Assembly (NCBI GenBank): GCA_963820825.1
Contig: CAWGBN010000002.1
Span: forward strand, 192,001 to 256,000
Direction: 5' to 3'
From: Vulcanimicrobiota bacterium
GTDB lineage: Bacteria > Vulcanimicrobiota > Vulcanimicrobiia > Vulcanimicrobiales > Vulcanimicrobiaceae
DNA length: 64,000 nt
Shown in pieces: positions 62,955 to 64,000 of this stretch. Numbering within the stretch: the stretch's first letter is position 1; the number at the start of each line of letters is the position of its first letter. Below the pieces are notes generated by a model, which was not told the origin of the DNA, ran no database searches, and worked only from the letters and a program-made list of their open reading frames with translations. The position numbers and the translations under genes are program-made.

Positions 62955-64000
62955 ATCGGGAGACGTCCGCGCGGCATGCTGCCGCCGAAGATGACGTCGG
63001 CGAGGCCGCCGAGCGAGACGGCGGTATCGCCGCAGGTTGCCAGCAGATGGCGCGCGCTGCCAAAGAGCGGGACGTCGAAGGGCTCGAGCAGCGAGACGAC
63101 GAGGGCGTCGGGATGGCGGTCGATGATGCGAGCGATCGCTCCGGCTTGCGCGCCATGTCGATGGGCGCGGCGTGCCAAGATCAAGGGACGGCGACGACAG
63201 CGCGCAATCTCGGCGAGGATCGATTCCGTCTCCGCAGGCGGCGGATCGATCGAGGCGTCCCACTCTGCTAAAGCCGGCGCCTCGCGCTGCAAGTGCTTGC
63301 CGCTCCCGCCGAAAGCTACCGCGATGGATGCGAGCGGATCGGCGTGCGGGATGCCGCGCACGAGCGTCACCGCGCGACGCGCGATTTCGCGCCCAATCCC
63401 TTCGTGCGGCGCAAATGCATCGAGCGGTAGCGGCGGCGAACCAGTTTCGCGCAAGCACGTCACGCGCGCGTACGCTTCTTCGAGCCGCGCGAGCGGTAGG
63501 CGTCCGTCGTCGGCTGCCGCGGCGATCGCGGCCGCGGCGGCGGCGGGCAACTCTGGATCGTGACTGAAGGTCAGCAGGTCGGCACCCGCGGCCAGAGCTT
63601 CGACCGCGCCGACAACCGAGCTGCGGGGCGCGATCGCGCTCATCTCCAGACAATCGGTGAGCAACGTGCCGGCGAATCCGAGTTCGCCGCGCAGCAGTTC
63701 GGAGAGGACCGCGCGCGAGAGCGTCGCCGGACGTTGCGAATCGAGCGCCCGCAGCAATACGTGGGCGCTCATCATCGCGAGTGCCTCGCGCGCTACGGAT
63801 GCGAACGGGACGAGATCGCGAGCGCGCAGCGTCGCCGAATCGACCTCGACGATCGGAAGCGATTGGTGCGAATCGACGGCGGTCGCACCGTGCCCCGGAA
63901 AGTGCTTGAAACACGGCTGCACGCCCGATTCGCGCAGCCCGCGAGCGAGCGCCGCTCCCAGGGAGGCGACTCGCTGCGGATCGGCACCGAACGAGCGCGT
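62951..64000 (-). CDS. nagZ: Beta-N-acetylhexosaminidase GH3, 5'-truncated by window edge
   Basis: KHFPGHG...DSH and TDCLEM catalytic motifs. Confidence 0.88.
   Translation of the reverse strand, partial: TRSFGADPQRVASLGAALARGLRESGVQPCFKHFPGHGATAVDSHQSLPIVEVDSATLRARDLVPFASVAREALAMMSAHVLLRALDSQRPATLSRAVLSELLRGELGFAGTLLTDCLEMSAIAPRSSVVGAVEALAAGADLLTFSHDPELPAAAAAAIAAAADDGRLPLARLEEAYARVTCLRETGSPPLPLDAFAPHEGIGREIARRAVTLVRGIPHADPLASIAVAFGGSGKHLQREAPALAEWDASIDPPPAETESILAEIARCRRRPLILARRAHRHGAQAGAIARIIDRHPDALVVSLLEPFDVPLFGSARHLLATCGDTAVSLGGLADVIFGGSMPRGRLPI

Overview
GC-rich bacterial chromosomal segment. Its gene repertoire (Cys-rich TonB-dependent receptor, tal-pgi fusion with opcA, hopanoid-associated genes, secreted Cys-rich lipoproteins) suggests Candidatus Eremiobacterota (Vulcanimicrobiota); this is inference only. 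From left to right the window holds: an M16 protease, an aldehyde dehydrogenase and dapD/aminotransferase; an oxidative pentose-phosphate operon ending in hpnK/hpnI-like genes; a TetR-EmrA-EmrB efflux operon with three tandem TolC paralogues; a histidine-utilisation cluster split by an inverted TonB-dependent receptor; an HTH-WYL regulator flanked by two structured intergenic regions; clpC and a 151-bp MITE-like element; a prolyl oligopeptidase and a propionyl-CoA/methylmalonyl-CoA operon; a Cyc2-like cytochrome-porin followed by a three-haem cytochrome c; and a peptidoglycan-recycling operon (nagZ, serine hydrolase, anmK, murQ, DUF4127-like). From about 47 kb onward most genes carry several single-base frameshifts, most likely consensus errors, so coordinates there are reconstructed across frames. 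No rRNA, tRNA, CRISPR array, integrase or transposase was found. The best candidates for new biology are the Cyc2-like/tri-haem module, the WYL locus with candidate ncRNAs, and the triple-TolC pump.
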